A stretch of DNA of 64,000 nucleotides from Macrostomum lignano (lineage: Eukaryota). Under the pieces are notes generated by a model, which saw only the letters and a list, made by a program, of their open reading frames with translations, was not told where the DNA came from and did no database searches. Of this stretch, positions 1-11,339 are shown in pieces (position 1 is the first letter of the stretch; each line of letters begins with the position of its first letter). Location of the stretch: positions 12,546 to 76,545 of the forward strand of contig NIVC01001903.1 of assembly GCA_002269645.1 (NCBI GenBank), read 5' to 3'. The position numbers and the translations under genes are program-made.

Positions 1-2525
1 GGCTGCTCTGGCAGTGGCCTCGGGTGTCGGGTCCAAATCCGGTTCCAGGTCGTGGTCGTCACCGGGTCGGGCGGTAGAACCAGGTTGCTCTAGCAGTCGG
101 CCATGCTCGAAGAAGATCGGCGGGCCCTCCGGTCTTCTTGACAGGGCATCAGCGTTGGCGTGGTCCTTGCCTTTGCGGTGGTTGAGCTGGAAGCGGAACT
201 CGCTTAGGCGCTCGATCCAGCGGCCTAAAATACCTGTGGCCTGAGTTTGGTTCAGTAACCACAGTAAGGCCCGATGATCGGATCGAACTTCAAACTTCTT
301 GCCGATTAAGTAATGACGGAAATGTCGCATAGCGTCCACAATTGCAAGCAGCTCTTTCTTCGTGACCGTGTAGCGCTTCTCAGGATCGCGAAGTTTACGG
401 CTAAAGAATGCAATTGGACGTTCGACGCCGTCGGATTGCAGTTGTCCAAGACAAGCGCCTATTCGAATATCAGAGGCATCCGTGTCGAGGACAAACTTCA
501 CAGCAGGATCAGAATTAAATTCAGGCAGAGCGAGAACTTCAGTAGAACACAATTTCTTCTTCAAAGTGTCGAACGCTACCTGATGCTCGGGAGTCCAATG
601 CTGCCGTAGGCTGCCAATGTCCTTTCGCGTCAGGGCATGCAGCGGCGCAGCCACTCCAGCGTAGCCGTCGACAAACTTGTGGTAGTAATTGGCGAGGCCT
701 AGGAATTGTCTCAGTTGAGTAACGGACTGTGGCACGGGCCAATCACGGATCTGCGCAATCTTGTCCTCACAGGTCTTCAGGCCGTCGGGAGTCACGACGT
801 GACCTAAATAATGCAGCTCTTTGAGGAACAAATGACACTTCTTCGGTTTCACTTTGAGGTTGGCTGCGATGATGCGCTGAAGTACAGTTCGCAAGTTATC
901 CAGCTGTTCCTCGAAAGTCACTGAGTGCACCACGATGTCGTCCATGTAGCCAAGCGCAGTCTTTGGCGTCAGCCGTCCAGGAGCTTATTGATGCAACGCT
1001 GAAAGCTGCCAGGACTGTCGTGGAGACCCATCGGTAGAACGTTGAAACAGAATTGGCCGCGGTCGATTACTGAGAATGCCGTCAAGTGCTGGTCGCAGTC
1101 GCGCAGCGGGATCTGCCAGAATCCTTGAGCAAGGTCCAAGCTAGAATACCACTGAGCACCACGAAGCTTCGCGAAGGTTTCCTGGATGTGCGGGAGCGGA
1201 TACGGGTGATACACACACCTGTCGTTGAGAGCTCTGAAGTCGTGGACTAGTCGGATGTTGCCGTCCTTCTTGGGCACGATGAGCATTGGCGAATTGTAGC
1301 TCGAGTAGGCAGGGCGAATGATGTGCTTCGCCAGCATCTCGTCTAGCAGGGCGTCGAGTTTGTCCTTCAGATGAGGCGGGATTCGGCGCGGTGGTAGCGC
1401 GACTGGTGTCCGGTCCTTCAAGATGATCTCGTGGGTCACCAGGTGAGTCAGGCCGGCGTCTAGCGAGTGCTTGGAGAAGGCCGCTTGACATTCGACTAGT
1501 AGATCTCGCACTCTTTGATGTTGTTCTTTGGACAATTCGCTGTTGATCTCGACTTCATCTAGCCATGCTGTGCTGGACTCTTCAGAGTTCTTCGGGAGGT
1601 GCCGCACTTCAGGTTCGGGCGTCTCGCTCAAGTACATCAGGTCGGCAGTTCGGAGTGGCGTCGCAACACCAACACGGATACCGGCTTGCAGGAACACCTC
1701 GCTGTCGGCGGTGTTGACGACCTCAATGTAGCCGCGACCTTCAGGCATCGTCATCAGAGCAGGCGCTGCTTCCAGAGCGTTGCAGCTGGGATGCAGCCTC
1801 GACTTAACCAGCTCGACAATTGATGGCGATCCTCGATTCTCAGGGTGGCCGTCATCCAGTCTGACGGCAAGCAGCGCTGAACTTCTAGGCGGCAGGGTGC
1901 ACTTCTCAGAGGTGTACACTCGGCAGTTCTGAAGCTCACGCCGCGAATAACGAACAGGGATGCACGTGCCATTGTTGAACGTTAGCATTCCTTGAGCGAA
2001 GTCCAAGTTCTGGCAGTGCTCTCGCATAAACGATACGCCAAGCAAATTTTCACAATCGGAGACCGTAACGAGGAATTCGGTGTCCGCGACGACATCACCG
2101 AACTCCACCGGTATGGTCACCTTACAAGCAAGCGGGAGCTGCGTCCCGTCATACATAGTTACGCAATCGGGAATAGCATGCGATATAATACAACGAGGCA
2201 TCCGGCGTCTAATAGCGGCCCAGGTTGACGAACCGAGGAAGTTTTTCCGGCTGCCGCTGTCTAGCAAGAAAGGGACCTCTCGACTCGCCACTCGACCTGT
2301 GACGTACGGATCGGCCTCACGCGCATGGATTTTTTGATTCGGGGAGGTGTCCACGAAACCTCCGCACTCAGCGTCGCTTACTGACGAGCGACTGTCGGAC
2401 TGGGCATTGGCGCCTGCGCAGCCGACATCCTCTTCTTCTCGCGACCGTTCTGAATCTGCCAAGTAGCCTGGGCTTGGACCTCGCGGAGGGCGGTGCCGTT
2501 GTCGCTCTCCGCCTGGCCGTTTCCC
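1..2525 (-). CDS. pol: Pol (protease, reverse transcriptase, RNase H; 3'-partial) in the -1 frame relative to gag, with an apparent 1-bp deletion at about 970
   Basis: ORF 969-2546 stops at LLDG*; adding one C (GGC CTG ACG) continues into LTPKTALGYMDDIVV, KCHLF, FLGLANYYHKFV, FVLDTDAS and NADALSR, open to the window edge. Confidence 0.9.
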
Positions 2526-3553
2526 TGGTTTTGGCGCATCGGGCACTGGGTGTTGCGATGACCGGGCTGTCCGCAGCTATAGCAGATTATAGCTCTCTTT
2601 GGCGGGCTGGCTACCTGCTGTTGGTCACGCTGCACCAGGTGATCCAGCATTCGCTGCTGCTTCTCGATCAAGTCGGTTAGAGTCAGCAAGGCTTGGGCGG
2701 TGACGTCGGGTTTCGGGTCGCCGTCCTCCTCCCCGTCCAACATCCTAACCGGGGGTTGAGCAGATCGGTGCGCCAATTCTTTGGCGCCTTCTAGTCGTCG
2801 TAGCTCTCGAATCGCAGCAAGAAGATTGTTCGGGCGAACCCAGTACAGCCGTTCGCGCAGATCTGGAGTCGTCCGGATACCAGCAAGAAATTGATCAGTA
2901 ATCTCCTTCTCGCGGTCTTCAGGATGCATTCGAGGATATGCACGTTCACCCAGAGTTCTCAGGGCGTCAGCAAACTCTTCTGCTGACTCATTCTTGCCTT
3001 GTTGACGACGTCGCAACAGTTCTCGATACTCATCAGCACCACCATGACGGGCAAATCGCTCAATCAGACGTTGCTTGACCTCCTCGTAGCTGGCGAAACG
3101 CGGAAGATTCATACCAAGCAAGGCTGGATACGCAGTAGCCAAATCGAGACTCGCGATGAGGTGTTGCTTCATCTCGAACGGGTCGACGATGCGCTCCATC
3201 TCGCAACGCTGCTCGAACGCGGCAAGCCAGACATGAATGTCCTGATTTGGAGTAAACTTCACAATTTTAACTTGTTTACTCACGGGCCGCTCCATCTGCT
3301 GCTGCAGAGCTGCCATCATGGTCCTGACGTCTTGGTGCGTGATGTTCCGGCCAATGTTGTCCAGGCCTTGCAGAAGCTCGTCTGGCGGGTCGTCGGACAC
3401 GTCGCTTCTCGCACCTTGCCTCGGCGTTGGCTGCTGACCAAAGTCGTTGACCGCTGCCGCGGCTGCGGCGGCTTCTGCGGCCGCAGGCCTCGAACTGCTG
3501 ATGTGCTGATCCAGCCGGCTGCTGCACCGGCTCTCGTCTCGCTCGTTGAACAT
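2378..3553 (-). CDS. gag: Gag polyprotein of Gypsy element (391 aa)
   Basis: ORF track; capsid-like KFTPNQDIHVWLAAFEQRC region and zinc knuckle CYSCGQPGHRNTQC. Confidence 0.9.
   Translation of the reverse strand: MFNERDESRCSSRLDQHISSSRPAAAEAAAAAAAVNDFGQQPTPRQGARSDVSDDPPDELLQGLDNIGRNITHQDVRTMMAALQQQMERPVSKQVKIVKFTPNQDIHVWLAAFEQRCEMERIVDPFEMKQHLIASLDLATAYPALLGMNLPRFASYEEVKQRLIERFARHGGADEYRELLRRRQQGKNESAEEFADALRTLGERAYPRMHPEDREKEITDQFLAGIRTTPDLRERLYWVRPNNLLAAIRELRRLEGAKELAHRSAQPPVRMLDGEEDGDPKPDVTAQALLTLTDLIEKQQRMLDHLVQRDQQQVASPPKRAIICYSCGQPGHRNTQCPMRQNQGNGQAESDNGTALREVQAQATWQIQNGREKKRMSAAQAPMPSPTVARQ
2483..2525 (-). promoter_or_regulatory. -1 ribosomal frameshift signal: slippery heptamer G GGA AAC, 6-nt spacer, stem-loop
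   Basis: Heptamer 2525-2519 is in gag phase (CAG GGA AAC); GCGGAGAGCG pairs with CGCCCTCCGC (9 of 10 bp) around a 10-nt loop; pol is in the -1 frame. Confidence 0.75.
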
Positions 3554-3623
3554 GTTGACTTGTCGTAGTCGCTGGCCGATGTCGTTCTCGAAAGAGCGGT
3601 TGCCTTGGGTGTGTCGTAGTCGG

Positions 3624-3643
3624 ATCTCACCGCTGCGTCACCA
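3624..3643 (-). promoter_or_regulatory. Primer-binding site, tRNA-Leu-like
   Basis: TGGTG(AC)GCAGCGGTGAGAT 1 nt after the LTR-terminal CA; resembles the complement of a Leu(AAG) 3' end (TGGTGGCAGCGGTGGGAT, recalled) with an insertion and one mismatch. Confidence 0.65.
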
Positions 3644-3644
3644 G

Positions 3645-4636
3645 TGAAGTACACGCTGTTTGCTTCCCGTATTAGGCCCTTGCGGATTACCTTAAACCTC
3701 GAGCCTCTTCAGTGGGAAGTCCTTTCAGCGCGCAGTAGCGTAGGTAGTGCTGCCACCAGTTCCTTCAGGTCTCGGCCTTCGATGAGGTGAGCTTCCCGTC
3801 GGAACGAAATAAACAAGTCAACGAACTCAGCACAGCGTGCAGATTTGCAGATTAATGAACAAGGCGTCCTGATCAGCAGATCCCCGCCGGGCTCAGGGGT
3901 GACTGGGAAGGCAGTGTTAGCCTCCCTTAGGCTTGGGCTTTAGTGGGGTCTCAGTCAGACCAGTACAAACGGATTCAGTACGCAAAGGGCACTTAGTTAG
4001 ACACTGACGCACACGGGTTCTTAGTGAATTCTCCGCAGATAAGAAGCCTTTCCTTGACGGAAACAAGGGGAGAGGGGTCCTATTTATAGCCGGGAAACAC
4101 CCACGCACAAGACCTCGTGACTTGTTCTATTTTTAGAACTGACGTCACTTGAGGTCTCGGGGCAGGGTCTCAGTGCGCGCAAGACCTCGTGACTCGTTCT
4201 ATTTTTAGAACTGACGTCACTTAAGGTCTCCGGCCAGAGTACACGCGGCTGTGACTCAGTTGCTATTTTTAGCAACATGAGTCACTCCTCTCCTTAGAGA
4301 AGGGAGGGGTCCGAAAGCACGTGATTCTCCCGGTAAACAGGGCCAACGAGTGCAGTAAACATGTTTACTGCACTTTAGGACTCGAAGAACGCAGAGTCTG
4401 TCATGTGACTTGCTCACATGACAGAGGAAAACGGGACGGGAACGAAACAGAGACAGCCCACAGCAGAGAAGCTGAGGGCTGAGAACAGAGACGCAGAAGG
4501 GCAGAACAGGCCAAGGGCAGCAACAGACGGGCCAAGGGGGCGGGAAGCTGACCAGCGGCAGACAGCAACCCAGGGCGAGGGCGAGGGAGACTGCTGACAA
4601 AGTGGGACGCCTAACACCAACTAGCGGATCACTACA
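3645..4636 (-). repeat. 5' LTR (992 bp) of the Gypsy element
   Basis: TG...CA ends with imperfect inverted repeat (TGTAGT/ACTTCA on the minus strand); TATA-like CTATAAATAG at 4080-4089; internal 72-bp duplication; homologous to 34452-35085. Confidence 0.85.
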
Positions 4637-5063
4637 AATATAAAAGCTTTTATACTATAGTTTAGATGGTACAGCATGGTATACTAGAAAAAAGACTCTT
4701 TTGTAATAATATGGTAAAAAATTAATAAAACAATAAAGGACCTTTTTGCAATTGTGACAATAAAAAACCATATTTGTAGCTATGAAATTTGAAATAAAAT
4801 GCTATTGACTTTGCTAAAAACTTTCCTATAAAATTTGGAAAAAGCCAAAATTTGTAACAATTGTACATAAAAATAAAGTTTTTTTTTCAAATTTCATAGT
4901 GCATGTAATTTAAAAGAATAAAATTATTGCAACATGTAATTTTGTATTTATAAAAGTTTTGAAGTTTTGATGGGTATAAGTTTGTGTGCCAAAAATTTAC
5001 TTGAGTTGAAAGTGGTATGCCAAAGTGGTTTATGCAAAAACAGTTAAACTATTCACTAGTATG

Positions 5064-6065
5064 TGTAACAGTTGCCTATTATTTTGCCTATTTGCCTAAT
5101 TTTGTCTATTTTGTCTATTGATTTCACATATAAATATGACTATTTTTCTAAAACTACAAGAAATTATCTGTGCGTACATAAATAAATATTTTATATCATT
5201 AGTAGTAATTATTAGTTTCGATTAGTGGCCTACCGTATAATCTAGTGCTTTATTAGTTTAAATGCATCCGCCATTTTGTTAGCAAATCCTATATAAGCAA
5301 GAAAATATATCGAGAAAGAAAATAACTTCCTGCTTCGTTTGCTGAGACCTCCGCTAGTCTAGTTATTCAGCGGTTGTAACTGAACATTGTTCTAAAAATA
5401 GCTCCGTCTTAGTCATTTAAAGGCGTTCCGCCTTTCTTCTCCTGCGAAGCTTGTACAGTTAGAAGTGTTTAAAACTTCTCTCCCCTTCCCCGGGACGTTC
5501 GGTCCTACCCCTGAGTTTTGGCTCTTCCCTTTCTCCCAGCGGAACTGGCGCCCGCCGCTCCTGCCCCTCCCCACTTCTAGTGGACAGTCTGTCTGCTCAG
5601 GTGTACAGCCTTATTCCCTCAGACATACAGTCTCCCCCGGCATCCCCGCCCCCAACCCTTCCTTGTAGAAATTTCCCACATTCATTAGGCAGATTGCCTT
5701 CTTATCTAATGCTGTATTAAATGGTCAGTCTACTCATGTCAGCATTCCCTATTAGTGTTTAGAAATTCCCCATTAGTGCGATTTTCCCAGGCAACTCTGA
5801 TCCATCGCGAAGCCCTTAATTCCCTCTCCCATCTATATTCCCCAGACTGAGAATAGGAAATTGTGTCTTGCCGCTCGGACACACCACGCCACCAGGAGCA
5901 ACCTACGGCTTACTCCTGTTAGTAGTATAAATTGCGCAGTTCGCCCCAAATCCTGAGAAACTCCCTAAAATCCCCGGTAAACCCTGTAACAATTTGGTGT
6001 CAGCAAAAGGATAAACTCCCCTCCCCCACAACCTCTACGACAACTTGGTAGCTAAGCAGTGGGAT
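5064..6065 (+). mobile_element. LTR (about 5064-5991) plus PBS-like sequence; remnant of an LTR element with no internal coding region
   Basis: Ends TGTAACAG...CTGTAACA are inverted-repeat-like; TGGTGTCAG (5995-6003) follows the CA; TATA-like CCTATATAAG near 5288; MEF2-like CTAAAAATAG at 5392-5401. Left boundary inferred. Confidence 0.55.
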
Positions 6066-6167
6066 TATTAACCAGAGAAGAAAGAGCCCTACAACATATG
6101 CCAGAAATTTCCTGTGTACCAGTAACAGTGGGTAACCTTTAAAGTGTGGCTTTTATATTATCACTTT

Positions 6168-6464
6168 CATACATGCGCAACCTCCAAATTTTGGTCGGCC
6201 ATGCGACTTAGTTTTAACAAAAATGCGACGTAGTTTTTGGCCAAAAATGCGACTTACATGTAAAAAAACCCGAAAGCAAAATTAACGCAACTTTGGGTAA
6301 ACGGCAGGAGTAACTATGACTATCTTATAAAGCCAAAATGCCTCGTCAGCTACATAGTACTACTACTCTGTGTTTTTTCGGGTTGGCATTTTTGCGACTG
6401 CCTTGGTTGGCCGCCAAATCGGTCGGCCGGATCGGCCGACTCGGCCGACTGTTGCGCATGTATG
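6168..6464. mobile_element. hAT-type MITE (297 bp)
   Basis: Perfect 14-bp TIR CATACATGCGCAAC; perfect 8-bp TSD ATCACTTT (6160-6167 and 6465-6472). Confidence 0.85.
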
Positions 6465-6483
6465 ATCACTTTTTATTTAAAGT

Positions 6484-7756
6484 CAGTGTTGGGCACTTCC
6501 GTTACCGAGTAACTTGCAAATGGTAACGCAAGTTACTTTTCCGTAAAGCGTTCCTTACGCAAGTTACTTTCCTATTTTGGTAACGGAGTAACGGTAAGTT
6601 ACTCAAATTTCGGAAGTCCGTTACAGTTACTTTGCAACAATCGCAATATTTAAATTTAAAACTGATATGCTTAGCTATTACTCCAGTTGTCACATTTTTA
6701 GCATTTTTCATTCCTAAATTCAAAACTAAGTGAATAATATCATACGGTATTACGCTGTAATTAATAAAGAAATACTTGAAACATGTTTTTACTTTGTTAT
6801 TTTCGGTAAAATATTTTTGCTTTTCGTTTTAAGTTAATAAAAATATTTTGTTTAGTTCTTAGAAACAAACAACCAAAGAAAGAAATTCATCTGTAGTCTC
6901 CACAAATCCACTCAGTGATCGACGTAGCCAGGAATTTTAATTTGGGGGGGGCGGGTTGGCCTGGCTGGCCATGCCTCATGCCATTGCCAATTTTAGCGCC
7001 GCAGGCACTCATTTTAGCGCCGCAAGCACTCATTTAAGCGCCGCAAGCACTCATTTAAGCGCCGCAGGCACTCATTTAAGCGCCGCAGGCACTCAATCGC
7101 CTCATGGTTTTTGGTACCCGCCACGCCCAACCCCACCCCCCCCCAGGTGGGGTGTCTTGCAGGTGGGGTGAAGTTGCCGCCCCAACGATTGTTAAGGCGG
7201 CCTCCCTAGCTACACCACTAAAGTCCACTGGCACTGCACTGCACTGCACAATTTAATATTAATGATAATAATTGAAAATAAATAAAAAGACTAGTAAAGC
7301 AGACTATAGAGTGGAGTAAAGCCAGGTACTTATTACGAGCGATGTATTATCAAGGACAACTGAAGTTACGTTAAGTTGTCCTTGTGTATTATAACTTATA
7401 ATGTTATTAAAAATTAAATTGCGTTTTGCCTTTAACGTTTCTGACCTTCAGCTTCTTTTCTTTTTACGGAAAGGGCCTAAAGTGATTAAAATTTAATACA
7501 GTTACTGAAATTAATGTTGTTGTATTCTTCCTCCTGGCTTTCGCGATCATTTGTGCTGTTCCAGCGCATTTGCAATGTTAAAAAAGCAGAAAATTTTGTT
7601 AATAACATAGGTAACGGAAGTAAGTAACGGAAGTAACTTAAAAGTTACCGGGTTTTTGTATAAAGTTACTAGGCTAACGTAAGTTACTTTTTATAAAGTG
7701 GTAACTTAAGTTACAGTAACGCAAGTTACTTTTTTTGAGTAACTTGCCCAACACTG
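6484..7756. mobile_element. Non-autonomous hAT element (1273 bp)
   Basis: 12-bp TIR CAGTGTTGGGCA; perfect 8-bp TSD TTTAAAGT (6476-6483 and 7757-7764); many subterminal GTAAC/GTTAC motifs. Confidence 0.9.
6913..7220. mobile_element. MITE nested in the 6484-7756 hAT element, containing 21-bp tandem repeats
   Basis: Degenerate TIR CAGTG..CGTAGC / GCTACACCACTA; near-TSD AATCCACT/AGTCCACT; repeats of TTTTAGCGCCGCAGGCACTCA, also seen near 34100-34160. Confidence 0.55.
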
Positions 7757-8166
7757 TTTAAAGTTGATATTATCAAAACTAAAAGCATAAAAAATTATAA
7801 GAAGAAAATTTAAACTAAGTTTCAAAAAACCTAGGCCTATTTTCTTAAAGGTTTTTAGAAAAAAACATTATAAACTTTTTTTGTTACTAATTATACTTTT
7901 ATTAATAAACATATTTATAAATTAATGAATTAATATACTTATTAATAATAATATTAATAATATTTAATTCCCTGTCTAGGGTAAAAAAGCACAAAATAAA
8001 ATTAGAGAAGAGCAAAGAAAGCAAGTGAAAGCTTTTGTTTTTATCCTAAACCACAAAACTACTGTTTTAAATAGAAATATTAGGTAAAAAAATTATTTTC
8101 ATCCATAATTCATGGAAGCAATTTAAAGATATCATAACGACATAAGAAAATTGATATCAGAATTAC

Positions 8167-8442
8167 CTCAGAAGGTTCGATGTTATAACACTCTGCAATC
8201 TTTGCATAAAGTTCTTTGACGTTTGTAAAGCAACTAATTATTCCTGTGGGGCTTCCATGAGCCAGTTGACAATGAAAATTATATTGTGGCCTTTGCGACT
8301 CTGGGCTTTCATCTGCACTTCCTGGTACTGCACCAGCTTGTTTGTGGGTTGCATTTGAAGTTTGTGTTGCATCGCGGGAAGGCTGAGCGTGCGTAGGGCT
8401 TTCTTTATTGCCATCTTTCTTTTTCTTACCGAAAAGAGGCAT
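8167..8442 (-). CDS. GIPC1: First coding exon of a GIPC-family PDZ adaptor; later exons not found in the window (presumably left of it)
   Basis: MPLFGKKKK start and FHCQLAHGSPTGIISCFTNVKELYAKIAE match the GIPC N-terminal GH1 motif; phase-0 donor GAG|GTAATT at 8166. Confidence 0.9.
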
Positions 8443-10119
8443 TTTGATTCTATACGCAGAAAAATTCGTAAAATATGCTTGCTTGCTTGCTTCAATAGTA
8501 AAAAACAACCCAGAGAAAACAAGTTAAACTTCAGTCAATCGGCGTGCCTAAAAGGCGTGGTCATTGACGTATTTGTGGCTATTTTGTAAATTTAGCGGTT
8601 TGTTATTTAACTTTCTATTTTTCTTGTACTTTTTATAATAGATTTAAAAGATAATAAATAGCATTGTATTTAAACTTTGTTATACATATGTTATACACCG
8701 GATCTGTATACCAAATCTGTATGCATAGCAAACAGGGGGTATTCAGTTCGCATATAAGATGTACCGGTATATATATATTATATTATATTTATACATATTA
8801 AAAATTTATAAAACTATAGTATATCAATCGGTAAATAAGATTTCGGACAGTTTACGAAGCTCAAGGACCTTTGAAGTATAGTTACATGTATATACATGTA
8901 CATTTCTCGACTCTCAATATACTACAAATCTAGCGAGATGTTTGTCTGTTTGCATTGTTTGTTGCGTATCTCCTCCCAGACTTCTAGCTATAAAAATTAA
9001 AACTCTGTGTGTCTGTCATTGAGGAAAGAATATAGAAATGGAGTGCTAATCTGAGCCCAGTTATTTTTGTTTCGCTCGATCTTCACTTTAAGAATCCCTC
9101 CCCCCGTTCCTTCCCCTACTAGACGTAATAGTACGGGACCATTAAATTGACAATATTACAGATTGGTACCGTATGTTAAAACGGCCCTTGACGGGCTACT
9201 AAAATTGACAACGTCACAGGAGGTATAAAGTTCTGCGGTTTTCTAAATTTCTAAATTAATGCCTAAACTTCAAATATTTAAGACTATCTGTATGCGAGTA
9301 CGAGAGCTATAGGTGTAGGCACTGTAGGGTTTTCACAAGAGTACATAGAAATGCTTTGCGGCGTGACTGTCTCCAGGGATTTGTAAAATGTTAGTTAGTG
9401 TTTTAGCACCTCAACTGAAAAGTCCTACATCGTCTATTGGTTCTTACGGCGGCTGTAGTGAGACTTCTTTCTTCTTTACCGAGTGCATTTGCCTTTGTCA
9501 ACTGAGGAGCGTCTATACTTTCGTACCGAGAGCTGGACAGTCCAAGCGAGAGCACTTCAACCGCTAAGTAACTGGGCTTAAACAAGCAAATCGCGATTGC
9601 AGCCGGACCTGTTGAATCGATTATATGGACCCAACACTCTATCGATATTAGTCTTAATTGTTTGCCTAAAGCAAATTTTCCTGCCAACATGCACATCGAT
9701 AAATGCAGCATTTCTAGCCAAGGGGAAGCTGTGTAGATAGGCTCAATGCTTTTAAATGTTTGCAGTGTAAGCTTGAACTGTGAAATAACGAATCGGTTAA
9801 AATCAAAGAGTATTGAGGTCGCCTAGTATAGAGTGCCAGTAAGGATGAAAATCTGAAGCCGATTTCTAGAATCCACCCACCCCCTCCAGTCACCAAGCTT
9901 TTTAGTCTATGGCACAAGTTGTGGCTAGAATGGTGTACAAAGCCGATGCTCGGTACATAATCACCATAATTCATCATCATAAATTATCAGTACATAATCA
10001 CAGCTCGTTCACGATAACATGAAAGCAGACAAATTTGCGATAACACGACTTGTGCAAGGATTTTTGTAGCTTTCATTCAGCAGTTCCTTGATCTGATGCT
10101 CTATTTTATGTCCATCAAT

Positions 10120-10441
10120 CTACAGTAAAAACAAGCCGATGATGGCAGCAGTAGCAACCACTCCGAACAGCGAAATAATCCGCTCAATTGCGCGTGCCGC
10201 GACGACTCATGTCCGAATCGTGGTGACGTTGGTGACGTGGTGACGTTACGGTACTGACGCAGAGCAGTCGGCCCACCAGGCATCGAACAAAGACAGCCCG
10301 AGTACATCCCGGCATGCGGCTGCCCTCCAGCCTGAAGTGGAACAGCATGACCAGCGATGTCAGCAGCAGCGACACGGTGGACAGCACCATGGCGGCCGTG
10401 ATGAACAGGGCGATGGCAGGCAACTTTTGCCACTTTTGCGA
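10120..10441 (-). pseudogene. 5'-truncated, frameshifted copy of the nAChR-like genes (M3 to M4 only)
   Basis: PAIALFITAAMVLSTVSLLLTSLVMLFHF nearly identical to the 12576 gene; frameshift before VVAARAIERIISLFGVVATAAII; no upstream homology. Confidence 0.8.
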
Positions 10442-11339
10442 CTCTCTCTCGTCCCTCTGCCCCGTGCGCATCCACCTCCCCCCGATCTGGTTTTAAGGTC
10501 TTCTCGCGTTGTGTTGGCTCGCCTTGTCTGTTTGCGCAGAGCCAATTTTTTATCTTCTGTGGTTTCTTTTATCTTTATTCATAATGGCGATCGCTTTTCC
10601 CTTAAAATTCGTTTTTATTGTCCCAAGTCTACAGGGTTTTATGGGGCTTGCGTGCCTCGTTCCCCCACATTGGTGTTTGCATCAGGCCGCTTTCGTGCTC
10701 CGACCGTGGAATTAAACAGTCGATAAGGAAACGTCATTGTGTGGAAAAGGTGGTATTAAGACCAACATGTATGAGCCCAATAATTGCCATCGATTCTTAG
10801 AAAAGAGCTATAGGGAACAAGGCGACATGGTATATGCATGTATTGATGGCTGACCGATGTAAATGTACCCCTACATGTATATAGAAATGAAAACCTCTCC
10901 CACAACAAAAGCATGAATTTAATATGCAGTCACTACCGGAACGTTTTTAGTGGGTGAATCTCTCTTTAGTAAGACTCACAAAGAATTGGGGGCCAACGCG
11001 ATTCAGACAAAATCTGGCACACGGCTAAATGCACTGCACGAAAATCTCATGGACTTCGGACTTTGTAGCTCTAAAATGTATTTTTACGAATTTTTTGTAG
11101 CTATTCATGTTTTTTCTGGAAAAAATTGATGTAATTATAATTCGCCTGTCTAATATTTACATGTTACACATACAATTTGGATCTGTAATTCCTGCTTCTC
11201 TGCCCTCAAAAAAACTTTTTTAAGGGATAATTTTTTTAACAGTACGAGTTTAAATGGAAGCTTGAATTCTGATTTGATTTCGAATTCTGGCCGATTTCTT
11301 TTGCCAGTTCGGAAGGCTCTAAAGTCCCGAAGATTTCGG

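Larger units (their letters stand above)
1..4636 (-). mobile_element. Ty3/Gypsy LTR retrotransposon: 5' LTR, PBS, gag, pol (PR-RT-RNaseH); integrase and 3' LTR lie beyond the left window edge
   Basis: gag with CCHC knuckle; protease LLDSGS; RT YPLP/SSLDLAQGFWQ and YMDD (937-948); RNase H LDTDAS and ELLAIV decoded by hand in 1-968; LTR 3645-4636 followed by a PBS. Confidence 0.95.

Noticed and set aside
9403-9980. Short ORFs upstream of GIPC exon 1
   Set aside because: No recognisable homology, coding bias or splice context
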